Counted from the stretch's first letter, positions 37,939 through 48,980 are shown. The stretch is DNA of 64,000 nucleotides from a virus (IMGVR_UViG_2840904412_000001:2587-66586); one strand, 5' to 3'. Made by a program: numbers and translations. Notes: a model not told the origin generated them from the letters alone.

Positions 37939-39270
37939 ATGGCATTAATAAATTTTGAAGCAATAACAGAGTCCGATACACTTAAAGCACTGACAGAGGC
38001 TGTGAATAATATAGGGACAGAGTTATCTAAGGACGGTAACATTTTTGCTAAAGTAGAAAAACTAGAAGCACAATCTAATAGTACCCCTAAGTATTACCTA
38101 GTGCAAGATAATGGTAAAGCTAAGCAAGTGACAAGCAGAAATTCATTAAGTAGTATCACTCAAACAGGATTCTACTATGTAGCCTCTAATATATCTATTT
38201 ACTTACTAGAACTACCTCAAGAACTTAGAACAGATTTGCTTTTAAGTGTATATAAAACAGAATTAGGTACTGTACAGTTTGTTAATACTATTACAACAGT
38301 GGAATCTAGAAAGTATCTTGCTTATCGTGTAAATTATAATGGTATGGTAGGTTCTTGGAGGTTTATAGACTCACGGATTAATAATAGAAGTACTTTGGTT
38401 GTAGGAGGTTCTTATAAAGATATTATTGCACCAGGACACTACATCGTAAATAGTATGAAAGAATTGCCGGACAATAAATCTGATGGCTATTTATCCGTAA
38501 TAACTAATCAATCTGATGAGCGTTCATATATTTACATTAGTCCCGATAATAAAATGTATCATTCAGTATCTAATCAAACCAAAGACTTTGACTGGGTAAA
38601 AGAATTTGGTATTGAAGATGTAGAAGATTACTTATTAACCACGGTAAATGGTGGATATAATCTTTTATTGTATACTGATGACGGTGTTTCTTTTGAGACA
38701 AGAGTAAAAGAGTACTTAAACTCTTTACCTAGACCTAAAGCCTTTACATTCTATATCCAGGGCGGAGTAGCAGGTAATCCCTCAGGAAGAACTAGCTGTA
38801 GGGGTATTTATATCTTTGACTCCGTAGACCACGGTGTATACTATGCTATTGATTACCATGGTAGACTATTCACAGGGGCTGTGAGTAATGGGGAATTTAG
38901 GAAAGTGCGCTCAGCACCATCATCTGATGTATTATGGACTGGCACAAAGAACTTCAATGACATAGGTAAGGTTGAGAACCTTGATTTCCCTATTGCTGAC
39001 TATGATTATGTAAAGGTATTTGTTACAGTACCTTCTCAAAGTAATAATACAAGTGATATTACGTACGATTTACAAAACGGAGCTCATGAGTTTTATATTA
39101 GAGGACAGGCACGAGTATCTGTGTCAGGTACTGTAGTATCCTCAAGCACTAAATCTGACTTATACCGTGTGGGTATTGCTTTTGGAAAAAAGTCATGGCG
39201 TATTACAGATATGTCAAAAACAAGTACGAAAAATGCATATGTTACCCGCATTGTAGGTATAAACTATTAA
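37939..39270 (+). CDS. Putative receptor-binding protein
   Basis: TGFYY repeats, FTFYIQGGVAGNP..SCRG, LWTG..YDYVKV domains; synteny. Confidence 0.75.
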   Translation: MALINFEAITESDTLKALTEAVNNIGTELSKDGNIFAKVEKLEAQSNSTPKYYLVQDNGKAKQVTSRNSLSSITQTGFYYVASNISIYLLELPQELRTDLLLSVYKTELGTVQFVNTITTVESRKYLAYRVNYNGMVGSWRFIDSRINNRSTLVVGGSYKDIIAPGHYIVNSMKELPDNKSDGYLSVITNQSDERSYIYISPDNKMYHSVSNQTKDFDWVKEFGIEDVEDYLLTTVNGGYNLLLYTDDGVSFETRVKEYLNSLPRPKAFTFYIQGGVAGNPSGRTSCRGIYIFDSVDHGVYYAIDYHGRLFTGAVSNGEFRKVRSAPSSDVLWTGTKNFNDIGKVENLDFPIADYDYVKVFVTVPSQSNNTSDITYDLQNGAHEFYIRGQARVSVSGTVVSSSTKSDLYRVGIAFGKKSWRITDMSKTSTKNAYVTRIVGINY

Positions 39271-39298
39271 AACTAGGATTAATTTCCTAGTTTTTTTA
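39271..39298 (+). terminator. Terminator ending the structural operon
   Basis: AACTAGGA-loop-TCCTAGTT plus T tract. Confidence 0.85.
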
Positions 39299-39327
39299 TT
39301 GACTTAAACAGTAAAATATGATAGAAT
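39299..39327 (+). promoter_or_regulatory. Sigma-A type promoter of the replication block
   Basis: TTGACT-17-TAGAAT with TG extension. Confidence 0.7.
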
Positions 39328-39358
39328 AACCCTTGTGTACAGGGTGGAAGGAGCATTT

Positions 39359-41354
39359 ATGAAATTACGAATAAAAAACCTTTTCACTTATGTTGAGTTT
39401 GAGGAGGACGATAAGTATTTAAAGGATATATTTTTAAAGCGGATACACACAACAATAGGAGCAAGGCAACAAGGATTCCAATTTAGTCCTGCATATAAGA
39501 GAGGAAGTTGGGATGGATACATTGATTTCTACGTTTACGAGGAAGATAAATTCCCTACAGGACTACTACATAGAGTAGAGCTATTGCTAGGAGAGTTACA
39601 ATCAAGATATAACTTCCAATATTCTAAGATTGATGAACGTTCTGAAAGTTTCTTAGCTCCTGAAGATATTGATAAAGAAATAAAGCTATTAGATAATAAA
39701 ATAGGTCAAATTACATTACGTGAATATCAATATCAAGCTGTGTATGAAAGTCTGGTTAATTTTACCGGCGTATTAAAGATTGCGACTAATGGTTTTACTG
39801 CCCTTTAATGTAGAAATACATTAATAGAATCCCTTTAATTCATGGGACATCTCTCATTTGAGACAATCATGAGCCAAGCCTAGTAATAGGAAGGTGCAAC
39901 GACTATTATGTAGTTCCAAGTGGAACGAAACGGGGGAGACCTAAGTCTCATATGATATGGTTATGATATAGTCTGAGCTATATGGTGACATATAGAAGGA
40001 TAGGATTAACGAACCTATTCGTAACAATTAACTAGGTAAAACAGAATGTGCCAGTGGAATTATAGACCAACTACTGCCACAACTTGAAAAAGGAGAAACA
40101 ATAGCATTCTTTACAGGCTCTACAGAAATCTTTCATCAATCTGCGGACAGGTTAAAAGAGCGCTTAAATATTCCTATTGGTAAAGTAGGTGCAGGTAAAT
40201 TTGATGTTAAGCAAGTGAATGTGGTGATGATACCTACATTAAATGCAAATATGAAAGACCCTACAGAAGGTTTGAAAGTTACGCCTAAGCAAAATATTAG
40301 TAAGAAGATAGCTAAAGAAGTCCTACCTAAGTTTGAAGGTGGAAAAAACCAAAAACGATTTATGGACATGTACTTAAAGCAATTTGAACCTAAAACTAAA
40401 GTAGACCAAAAGGTTAAAGATGAGTTAATTAGTATTTACAATACTTCTAAGTCAGACCAAGAGCTACTACTGAACCTTAGAAAACATAATGCAATATTCC
40501 AAAATATTGCTAAAAGTAAAAATGAAAAGAAATATGCTAAATACCATCAAATGCGTGAGTTTTTAGATTCTGTTGCTGTAATGATAGTAGACGAAGCACA
40601 TCATTCCAAATCAGATTCTTGGTATAACAATTTAATGACTTGTGATAATGCTCTTTATAGAATAGCTTTGACAGGCTCTATTGATACTCAAGATGATTTA
40701 CTTAATATGAGATTAGAGGCTCTTTTTGGTACTATAATCTCTAAAGTATCAAACGAATTTTTAATAAGTGAAGGGCATTCGGCTAAACCTACTATAAATA
40801 CAATACCAATCCTAACTCCTAAGGACATAGAAAACCAGAAAGAATATAGGGATGTCTATGATATAGGAATAACCAATAATGAGTTTAGAAATAAACTTAT
40901 TGCAAAACTAGCAGAAAAATGGTATAATAAGGATAAAGGTGTTTTAATTATTGTTAATTTTATTACTCATGGAGAGAATATATCTGAATTATTAGGAGAA
41001 TTAAATATAGAGCATTTCTTTTTACATGGGGAAGTAGATTCAGAACTAAGACAACAAAAGTTAAATGATATGAGAAGTGGAAAATTAAAAGTAATGATTG
41101 CTACCAGTCTTATTGATGAAGGAGTAGATATATCAGGTATCCATGCTCTTATCTTAGGAGCAGGTGGGAAATCTCTAAGACAAGTATTACAACGTATTGG
41201 TAGGGCTTTACGTAAGAAGAAAGATGATAATACTACACAAATATTTGACTTTGAGGATAGAACACATAAGTTTTTGTACGAGCATTTTAAACAGAGGTTA
41301 TCTATTTATGAGGAAGAAAAGTTTGAGGTAAAAGATGTTACTAGAAAGGGATAG
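39359..41354 (+). CDS. SF2 DNA helicase (UvsW-like), join(39359-39793,40035-41354)
   Basis: Splicing restores Walker A ATNG|GKT; DEAH and QRIGR motifs in exon 2; 584 aa. Confidence 0.88.
39794..40034 (+). ncRNA. Group I intron in helicase Walker A (ORF-less, apparent terminal A)
   Basis: IGS TTTACTGCC pairs with GGT|GGTAAA; P7 GACTA/TAGTC; shares 42 nt with tail tube intron 4. Confidence 0.85.
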
Positions 41355-41359
41355 ATGAG

Positions 41360-42847
41360 ATGAGTAAGATAAAGAGAAGATTATATAGTTATTTAGAGCA
41401 GTATTCATTAAAGCATGAGTATGTAGCAACAACAAAAAAAGAACTAGCTGAAAAACTTAATATCTCTTTATCTGCTCTTACCTCTAACCTTAAGACCTTA
41501 GAACATGAAGGTAAGATTGCTACTTCTACTAAAAGAGGTAATAAAGGTGGTTTTATTATCACACTTAATTTACCTAATACTGTAAATGAGGTAGAAGGTA
41601 GCATTATAGAGTCGAATAAAGATTACGCTAATTATCTAAAGGAGAAAGTATTCCCTACCTATCAATACAACTATAAAGGTACACGAAGAACTAAAGTTGA
41701 AATGATAAAATATAATGCTATTAAGGATAAACAAAGAAAAGTTATATATGATATGAACTATTATTTAGATGGGTTACTATACCCTGATAAAGAATTGTTT
41801 AAATTATCTTATGACCCAGAAGGTTTTTACAAGGCATTTATTTTATATAAGCTCTACAATCAATACTCAGCTATGTTTTGTAAGTATAAGTTTGAAGAGA
41901 CTAAAGAAGGTTTTTATACTGCTAAAATGCAGTATTATATGAATTATCCTACACCTAAAAACTTTTTTAGTACAAAAGAATTTACTATATTTTATAAGTT
42001 ACAGAAATTAGTTAAAGAATATAATATTAACGTGTTTAAGTATATGCAAAATGTATTTAAGAATGTAGATTATGAATACAGAAATGGATATAAGAAAACA
42101 TACTTGCCACAACCTAACTATCTTATAAGTGAAAAATATATAGGTAGATATTTAAAATATGTAAAAGGTGTACATAAAAATGTAAATAATACTCAAAAAC
42201 ATGTAGGTGACTTAGAGTTAATTGTAGATAGCTCTATCTTTACAGAGGACTTAGTTGTACAGCAACTCCATCAACTATATACGGAAGGACTTAATATTAA
42301 TAAAGTAGACATGGAATCTATATTTAATGACGCTTTAGATGTAGAAGATGTAATGCTAGGATTATCTACTAATGAAAAGCAATTAATCTTACTAAACTTT
42401 AATTATGAGATAGAACAAAAAGTAAGTCACTTACCTAATAGAGAAAAATTATTAATTAGTGATTATGTAAAACAATTAATTATCAATGAGTATGATAGTT
42501 CCTCATTTTCTAATAAGGCTTTACTCTCCATGTTTATACTGGAGCGTGAATATTTTGTAGGAGATAAGATATTTAACACACAAGAGTCTCTATTTAAATA
42601 TAATAACTTCATAGGTACTCTAAATACTCAAGGTAATCAAGTAGTAGGATATACTTATTTAGTCCACAGAAATTTTAATAACCTTATGTACACAATCAGA
42701 ATGTACGGAGACTTAAAAGGGTATCAAACAAATTTAAAAGACTTATATAAAGTGTTAGAAGAAAATAATCTAAAAGGGTTGATTCCTTTTACAAAGTATG
42801 GTACACTTGACTATGACAAATTGAAAGGAAGATATGAGAATGAGTAA
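41360..42847 (+). CDS. HTH-containing Rep-like protein
   Basis: KKELAEKLNISLSALTSNLKTL winged HTH; synteny between the two helicases. Confidence 0.7.
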   Translation: MSKIKRRLYSYLEQYSLKHEYVATTKKELAEKLNISLSALTSNLKTLEHEGKIATSTKRGNKGGFIITLNLPNTVNEVEGSIIESNKDYANYLKEKVFPTYQYNYKGTRRTKVEMIKYNAIKDKQRKVIYDMNYYLDGLLYPDKELFKLSYDPEGFYKAFILYKLYNQYSAMFCKYKFEETKEGFYTAKMQYYMNYPTPKNFFSTKEFTIFYKLQKLVKEYNINVFKYMQNVFKNVDYEYRNGYKKTYLPQPNYLISEKYIGRYLKYVKGVHKNVNNTQKHVGDLELIVDSSIFTEDLVVQQLHQLYTEGLNINKVDMESIFNDALDVEDVMLGLSTNEKQLILLNFNYEIEQKVSHLPNREKLLISDYVKQLIINEYDSSSFSNKALLSMFILEREYFVGDKIFNTQESLFKYNNFIGTLNTQGNQVVGYTYLVHRNFNNLMYTIRMYGDLKGYQTNLKDLYKVLEENNLKGLIPFTKYGTLDYDKLKGRYENE

Positions 42848-44276
42848 AAAGATTAAGGAGATTATTTTACATAATTCACTGAAAGACCCTAATTTTGCTA
42901 GAGATATTCTAACACAACTACCTAAGCATTTGTTTAGTTCAGAATCAGAAAAGATGGGGTATATCTATACTGCAATCAAAAGACTCACATACACTGTTGA
43001 TAATTACTCAACAGATACCGTTGCTATTAAAGTAGAGGGTTTAATGAACACAAACCAAGAGTCAGAAGAAGATGTTACTAATGCTTTAAAATATTTAGAT
43101 GATTTATATACTGTTAAAGTAGATAATAAAGATGAATCTTTAAAAACAGAAATTAATAAGTATATTAAAAAAGAATTATCTAAGGAAGCATTAGTGAAGT
43201 TCATTTCAGAAAACAAACAAGAAGATTCTGATAACTTCACGGAACTCATAGAACAACTTAAACAAATAGAAGTTAATAACCTTGGTGAAGGGGACGGTGA
43301 GTTTTTAGATTTCTTCAATGATGTAGAGAAGAAGAAAGAATTACTATCTAAACTATCTGTAAATAAATATTCTACTGGCTACACTTCATTAGACGCACAA
43401 ATTGAAGGTGGTATTGCTCGTGGAGAAGTTGGTTTAGTTATTGCACCTTCTGGTAGAGGTAAATCTTTAATGGCATCAAACTTAGCTAGAAATTATGTTG
43501 TTAATGGTTTAAACGTATTATATATTGGTTTAGAGGAAAAGTTAGACCGTATGGTACTTAGAACTGAACAACAAATTTTAGGTGTAGATAAATCAGCATT
43601 ATTAAAAGATAAGTTACAATTAAATGAGCAAGTATTCGATGCTTTACAAACTAAATATAAAGAGTACCCTACACTAGGTAACTTATATATGTCTAAGCAT
43701 ATGCCTGGTGAAGTGAGTCCTACTAAGTTAGAGCAAATTATTATAAACACAATGATTCGTAAAGATATTCAAATCGATGTAGTAATTATTGACTATCCTA
43801 AACTAATGCGTAACCCTTATGAGAAGTATGCATCTGAAAGTGAGTCAGGTGGAAGATTATTTGAGGATATACGTAGGTTATCACAACAATATAATTTTGT
43901 ATGCTGGACGTTAGCACAAACAAATAGAAGCGCTTATGGTAGTGATGTAATCACAAGTGAACACGTAGAGGGAAGTCGTAAGATTATTAATGCTGTAGAG
44001 GTAGCTTTAGTATTAAACCAAAAAGATATTGAATTTAAAAATGGGTTTTTGCGTTTATACTTAGATAAAGTACGGAATAGCTCTAATACGGGTGAAAGAT
44101 TTGTTCATATGAAAGTAAACCCTATGAAAATGAGAATTAAAGACGAAACGGAAGAAGAATACAAAGAGCATTTAGCTTTACTATCCGATGATGGTAGAGA
44201 AGATACAAATAAATTCCAAAAGAAAGAAAATAAAGTAGACCAACTAAATAATTCATTTGGCGGACTAGAAATTTAG
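42840..44276 (+). CDS. DnaB-like replicative helicase
   Basis: APSGRGKS Walker A, VIIDY, AQTNR motifs. Confidence 0.9.
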   Translation: MSKKIKEIILHNSLKDPNFARDILTQLPKHLFSSESEKMGYIYTAIKRLTYTVDNYSTDTVAIKVEGLMNTNQESEEDVTNALKYLDDLYTVKVDNKDESLKTEINKYIKKELSKEALVKFISENKQEDSDNFTELIEQLKQIEVNNLGEGDGEFLDFFNDVEKKKELLSKLSVNKYSTGYTSLDAQIEGGIARGEVGLVIAPSGRGKSLMASNLARNYVVNGLNVLYIGLEEKLDRMVLRTEQQILGVDKSALLKDKLQLNEQVFDALQTKYKEYPTLGNLYMSKHMPGEVSPTKLEQIIINTMIRKDIQIDVVIIDYPKLMRNPYEKYASESESGGRLFEDIRRLSQQYNFVCWTLAQTNRSAYGSDVITSEHVEGSRKIINAVEVALVLNQKDIEFKNGFLRLYLDKVRNSSNTGERFVHMKVNPMKMRIKDETEEEYKEHLALLSDDGREDTNKFQKKENKVDQLNNSFGGLEI

Positions 44277-44312
44277 GTAAGGTAAAAACTTACCTATTTT
44301 TTATTTTATGTA

Positions 44313-44341
44313 TTGACACTGTATTTGTTATAAGGTATACT
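44313..44341 (+). promoter_or_regulatory. Sigma-A type promoter of the methyltransferase island
   Basis: TTGACA-17-TATACT directly after a terminator (about 44275-44302). Confidence 0.75.
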
Positions 44342-44370
44342 AACGGTAAGAATAAAAAGGAGATGTAAAT

Positions 44371-45081
44371 GTGGAACTAAATAAAATTTATAACGAAGAT
44401 TGTTTAGAAGGTATGAAAAGGATTCCTGATAATAGCGTAGATTTAATTGTTACAGACCCACCATACTTAGTTAACTATAAAACAAACCGTAGAAAAGACA
44501 AATCTCATAGGTTTAACAATGTAATTTTAAATGACGATAATGAACAATTAATTATTGATTATATAAATGAATGTTACAGAATTATGAAACCTAATACTGC
44601 TATGTATATGTTTTGTTCTTCTAGTAAAGTAGATTTTTTTAAACAACAGCTAGAAAAGAAATTTAAAATAAAGAATATGATTATATGGGTTAAAAATAAT
44701 CACACAGCGGGAGATTTACAAGCATCTTTTGGAAGAAAATACGAGATTATATTTTTAGTTAATAAAGGTAGAAAGAAGTTAGAAGGTAAAAGAATTACAG
44801 ATGTTTGGTTTTTTGACAGAGTTAGTGGAAAGAAACAAATGCATCAAAACCAAAAACCAGTAGATTTGTTAGAACAATGTATTAATAAACATAGTGTAGA
44901 AGGTGATGTTGTTTTTGATGGATTTATCGGGGGGGGGAGCACCGCTATTGCTTGTATAAATACTAATAGGAATTATATTGGTTTTGAATTAGATGAAGAG
45001 TACTATAAACTAGCTGATGAAAGAATAGAAAACCATAAAGGAGAGTTAAATGAAAATAAACAGGATATGGGCTATGCCTAA
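44371..45081 (+). CDS. DNA methyltransferase, N6A/N4C beta class
   Basis: TDPPY ... HQNQKP ... DGFIGGGST motif order. Confidence 0.9.
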   Translation: MELNKIYNEDCLEGMKRIPDNSVDLIVTDPPYLVNYKTNRRKDKSHRFNNVILNDDNEQLIIDYINECYRIMKPNTAMYMFCSSSKVDFFKQQLEKKFKIKNMIIWVKNNHTAGDLQASFGRKYEIIFLVNKGRKKLEGKRITDVWFFDRVSGKKQMHQNQKPVDLLEQCINKHSVEGDVVFDGFIGGGSTAIACINTNRNYIGFELDEEYYKLADERIENHKGELNENKQDMGYA

Positions 45082-45568
45082 TAGTAAAACTTTTAAAATA
45101 AAACCTATTAAAGAGCTTATCACTAAGTATATTGAGTATAATAAAATTAATATTGACCCCTTTGCTAATGATAGTATATTTAAAGACTTTACCATTACTA
45201 ATGATATAGATACTCAGTATGACACTAATTACCACTTAGATGCTTTAGATTTTTTAAAAACATTTAAAGACAGTGAAGTAGATTTAGTTTTATATGACCC
45301 TCCCTACTCACCACGACAAGTAAGTGAAGTATATAAAAAACTAGGGAAATCAGTAAATATGCAAACAACACAAGCAAGTTATTGGAGCAATCAAAAGAAA
45401 GAGATAGCTAGAATAACTAAGAAAGGTGGCTATGTAATCACTTGTGGGTGGAACAGCGGAGGTATTGGAAAGTCTAATGGGTTTGAGATTGTTGAAATAC
45501 TATTAGTTCCTCATGGTGGTTGGCACAATGATACTATTGTGACAGTAGAAAGAAAAGTAAAGGAGTAA
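45050..45568 (+). CDS. Small adenine-specific DNA methyltransferase-like protein
   Basis: IDPFA and YDPPYS motifs; 172 aa. Confidence 0.7.
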   Translation: MKINRIWAMPNSKTFKIKPIKELITKYIEYNKINIDPFANDSIFKDFTITNDIDTQYDTNYHLDALDFLKTFKDSEVDLVLYDPPYSPRQVSEVYKKLGKSVNMQTTQASYWSNQKKEIARITKKGGYVITCGWNSGGIGKSNGFEIVEILLVPHGGWHNDTIVTVERKVKE

Positions 45569-46593
45569 TGAACTTGAAATTTATATTTTTTACAGATAGT
45601 CATTTTCATTTATTTACAAATTACGCAAAACCCGATGAAGAGTACGTAAATGATAGATTTAGAGAACAAATTGAGGCGTTACAAAAAGTATTCGATTTAG
45701 CTAAAGAACATAATGCTAAGGTTATATTTGGGGGAGACCTTTTCCATAAGAGAAATAGTGTAGACACACGAGTATATAATAAGGTTTTCGAAACCTTTGC
45801 TAGTAATCAAGATGTTAAAGTCTATATGGTTCGTGGAAATCATGACGCAGTATCTAACTCTTTATACACTGATTCAAGTATAGACATATTTGAGACACTA
45901 CCTAATGTCGAAGTAACAAAAGATTTACGAAGTGAACCTCTTTCTAATAAAGTCCAATTAACAATGTGTGCTTATGGAGATGAAACAGAGGAGATTAAGG
46001 ACTACATTAAAAGTAGTTACCAAGAGGATAAGGTAAATATTTTAGTAGGGCACTTAGGTGTAGAAGGTAGTTTAACAGGTAAAGGTAGCCATAGACTAGA
46101 AGGAGCCTTTGGGTATCAGGACTTACTACCAGAGCAGTACGATTTTATTTTATTAGGACATTATCACCGACGACAATACTTAAATAATAATCCTAACCAT
46201 ATGTATGGTGGTTCTCTTATGCAACAATCATTTTCCGATGAACAGGAATCAAACGGGGTACACTTAATTGATACAGATAAACTCACAACAGAATTTATTC
46301 CTATTAATACACGAAGATTTATTACCCTTAATGAAGATTCAGAGAATGTAGGAAAATTACTAAAATCTAATAACTTTATTCGTTGGGTAGGAACACCTGA
46401 GCAAGCTAAAGCTTTAGAATTAGATGATGAGTTAGAAAATGTACAATTCCAACTTAAAAAACAGTATACTGTTGAAAAAAGGGTAGATTCTGAAGTAACA
46501 GATTCACCATTACAAATTACAGAAAAGTATGCTAAAGAGTATTACCCAGAATCTGTTAATGAAATTAAAGAATGTTTAAAAGAAGTACTATAA
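45568..46593 (+). CDS. SbcD/Mre11-like recombination exonuclease
   Basis: DSH, GGDLFH, GNHD, LGHYH metallophosphoesterase motifs. Confidence 0.9.
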   Translation: MNLKFIFFTDSHFHLFTNYAKPDEEYVNDRFREQIEALQKVFDLAKEHNAKVIFGGDLFHKRNSVDTRVYNKVFETFASNQDVKVYMVRGNHDAVSNSLYTDSSIDIFETLPNVEVTKDLRSEPLSNKVQLTMCAYGDETEEIKDYIKSSYQEDKVNILVGHLGVEGSLTGKGSHRLEGAFGYQDLLPEQYDFILLGHYHRRQYLNNNPNHMYGGSLMQQSFSDEQESNGVHLIDTDKLTTEFIPINTRRFITLNEDSENVGKLLKSNNFIRWVGTPEQAKALELDDELENVQFQLKKQYTVEKRVDSEVTDSPLQITEKYAKEYYPESVNEIKECLKEVL

Positions 46594-46648
46594 ACTATTG
46601 ACAAAGCATACCTAAAATGGTATACTTTTAGTATAGGAGGAGATAATA

Positions 46649-47008
46649 ATGTTATCCTATAACAATCAGGACTTTAGTGACACAAAATTTAAAGATATTT
46701 TAGATAAAGAACAACTCGTAGAATCTTTACTAAAAAATCGTAAGGTTAATAACCTTAATATTAGCAACGTAAAATCAAAAGTATTTGATATGAATAAACC
46801 TGTATTACAATTTCAAGATGAAGATAACACATTAACAAATATTTGCAATGTAGATAATTTAGATGATGGTATTAATAAGATTAAGAAAATATTTAAAGAC
46901 TCTAATTTAGAAGATAGATTACATTACTTTAGAGTGAACGAGCATGAAGATTACCATTGGATTGACTATGGCTCACATCATACATTTTTTAGAGTAACAA
47001 AGAGATAA
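46649..47008 (+). CDS. Hypothetical protein
   Basis: Own promoter TTGACA-17-TATACT (46598-46626) and AGGAGG RBS; WIDYGSH motif. Confidence 0.7.
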   Translation: MLSYNNQDFSDTKFKDILDKEQLVESLLKNRKVNNLNISNVKSKVFDMNKPVLQFQDEDNTLTNICNVDNLDDGINKIKKIFKDSNLEDRLHYFRVNEHEDYHWIDYGSHHTFFRVTKR

Positions 47009-47020
47009 CATAATATGTAG

Positions 47021-47068
47021 GGAGATGTAAATGTGGAACTAAATAAAATTTATAAAGGAGATTGTTAA
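47021..47068 (+). pseudogene. Methyltransferase 5' remnant (MELNKIYKGDC*)
   Basis: 47021-47055 is an exact 35 bp copy of 44359-44393 (RBS plus first codons of the MTase). Confidence 0.7.
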
Positions 47069-48978
47069 TGGTTAGGTTTAAAAAAGTAGAAATTAAAAAC
47101 TTTATGGCTATAAAAGAAGCAACTTTAGACTTAGATAACCAAGGATTAATATTAATAGAAGGGATTAACAAAACTAATGATTCTTTTGAGGCTAATGGTG
47201 TAGGTAAATCAACATTAGTATCAGCTATTACATACTCCTTATATGGAAGAACAGAAAAAGGATTAAAGGCTGATGAAGTTGTAAATAAGAAAGAAAAGAA
47301 AAATACATTAGTTAGACTTTACTTTAGTATAGGTGAAGATAACTACATTATTGAACGATATAGAAAAGATAAAGAAAACAAAAATAAAGTAAAGTTATTC
47401 TGTAATGATAAAGAAATTACAGGTTCTACAAACGATGTTACAGATAAACAAATACTGGACTTATTCGGTATCGACTTTAACACCTATTTAAATGCAATCG
47501 TATACGGACAAGGTGACATGCCGACTTTCAGTCAAGCAACTGACAAAGGTAAAAAAGAAATCTTAGAGTCCATTACTAAAGTAGAGGTATACAAAAAAGC
47601 ACAAGAAGTAGCTAAAGAAAAAGTAGCAGAAGTGAAGGACAAACAAAATAAATTACAGGATAGCATTCAGAAATTAGAATATAAAATTGAGTCTATTCAG
47701 TATAAAATTAACTACGAGCAGAATAATTATAAAGAGCAACTACAACGACTAGAAGCTATTAAAGAAGAGAATAAGAAAAAAGAACAACAAAAGGCAGAGG
47801 AAGAAAAACAATTAAAAGAACAGCTATATAAGTTGCCTGCATTCAGACAAATGGAGGACAGTTTCCAACATTCAGAGCAATATAATAAAATACAACTTGC
47901 TTTACAAAAACTAGAAGAAAAGAAAAAAGAATTATTAGATATTTACAATAATACAAAAGTAGAATTATCAGTGGAATCTACGAACCTTTCAACAGAACAG
48001 AACAAGTTAAATAGTTTAGATACTTCTGATAAGTGTCCTGTATGTGGCTCACAGATTGATAATAACCATAAGTTAAAAGAGCAGGAAAATATTAACAGTA
48101 CAATTTTATCCATTAACGAAAGAATTGAATACCTAAACTCACAAGAAGATTTATATAAAAAAGCTATTCAACAAGTAGATACTAAGGTTAATCAATTATT
48201 AGAAGTATCAAAACAAGAAGAAGAACAAGAAAAGCAACATGATAAGTTAGTTTATGCAACTAAAGAGTATAATAATAACATTGAATATAATAAGAAATCA
48301 TTAGAACAGCAGTTAAGTAATTTAGATTTTAAATATCAACAGCAGGATTTATCAAACCTAACTCCAACAGAACCTAATATTAAAGAGTACGAAAATGAAT
48401 TAAAAGAAATACACAATACTATTGACAAAACAAAGAAGAATATATTACAATTAGAGGATAAGAAACACCAGTATAAAGATGCGGTGGAGGCTTTTAGTAA
48501 CAAAGGGTTACGTTCTGTTGTCTTAGACTTCATTACACCTTTCTTAAACGAGAAAGCAAATGAATACTTACAAATTCTGTCAGGCTCTGATATTGAAATC
48601 GAGTTCCAAACTCAAGTTAAGAATGCTAAAGGAGAACTTAAAGATAAATTTGATGTAGTTGTGAATAATAAGAGTGGCGGTACAACCTATAAGTCTAATT
48701 CGGCAGGAGAACAAAAACGTATTGACTTAGCTATTAGTTTTGCTATTCAAGATTTAGTTATGAGTCAAAATGATTTACAAACTAATATAGCCCTTTATGA
48801 TGAGTGCTTTGATGGTTTAGACACGATTGGTTGTGAGAATGTAGTAAGGTTACTTAAAGATAGACTACAAACAGTATCTACTATTTTTGTAATTACACAT
48901 AATAAAGATTTAAGACCTTTATTTGAGAACACAATTACTATGATTAAAGAAAATGGAGAGGCAAGGTTGGTGAACTAA
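47068..48978 (+). CDS. SbcC/Rad50-like ATPase
   Basis: NGVGKS Walker A, CPVC zinc hook, SAGE signature, YDECFDGLD. Confidence 0.92.
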   Translation: MVRFKKVEIKNFMAIKEATLDLDNQGLILIEGINKTNDSFEANGVGKSTLVSAITYSLYGRTEKGLKADEVVNKKEKKNTLVRLYFSIGEDNYIIERYRKDKENKNKVKLFCNDKEITGSTNDVTDKQILDLFGIDFNTYLNAIVYGQGDMPTFSQATDKGKKEILESITKVEVYKKAQEVAKEKVAEVKDKQNKLQDSIQKLEYKIESIQYKINYEQNNYKEQLQRLEAIKEENKKKEQQKAEEEKQLKEQLYKLPAFRQMEDSFQHSEQYNKIQLALQKLEEKKKELLDIYNNTKVELSVESTNLSTEQNKLNSLDTSDKCPVCGSQIDNNHKLKEQENINSTILSINERIEYLNSQEDLYKKAIQQVDTKVNQLLEVSKQEEEQEKQHDKLVYATKEYNNNIEYNKKSLEQQLSNLDFKYQQQDLSNLTPTEPNIKEYENELKEIHNTIDKTKKNILQLEDKKHQYKDAVEAFSNKGLRSVVLDFITPFLNEKANEYLQILSGSDIEIEFQTQVKNAKGELKDKFDVVVNNKSGGTTYKSNSAGEQKRIDLAISFAIQDLVMSQNDLQTNIALYDECFDGLDTIGCENVVRLLKDRLQTVSTIFVITHNKDLRPLFENTITMIKENGEARLVN

Positions 48979-48980
48979 AT

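Noticed and set aside
44929-44937. Poly-G run in the methyltransferase as a phase-variation tract
   Set aside because: It encodes the Gly-Gly of the SAM-binding motif in frame, and there is no evidence of length variation from a single sequence.
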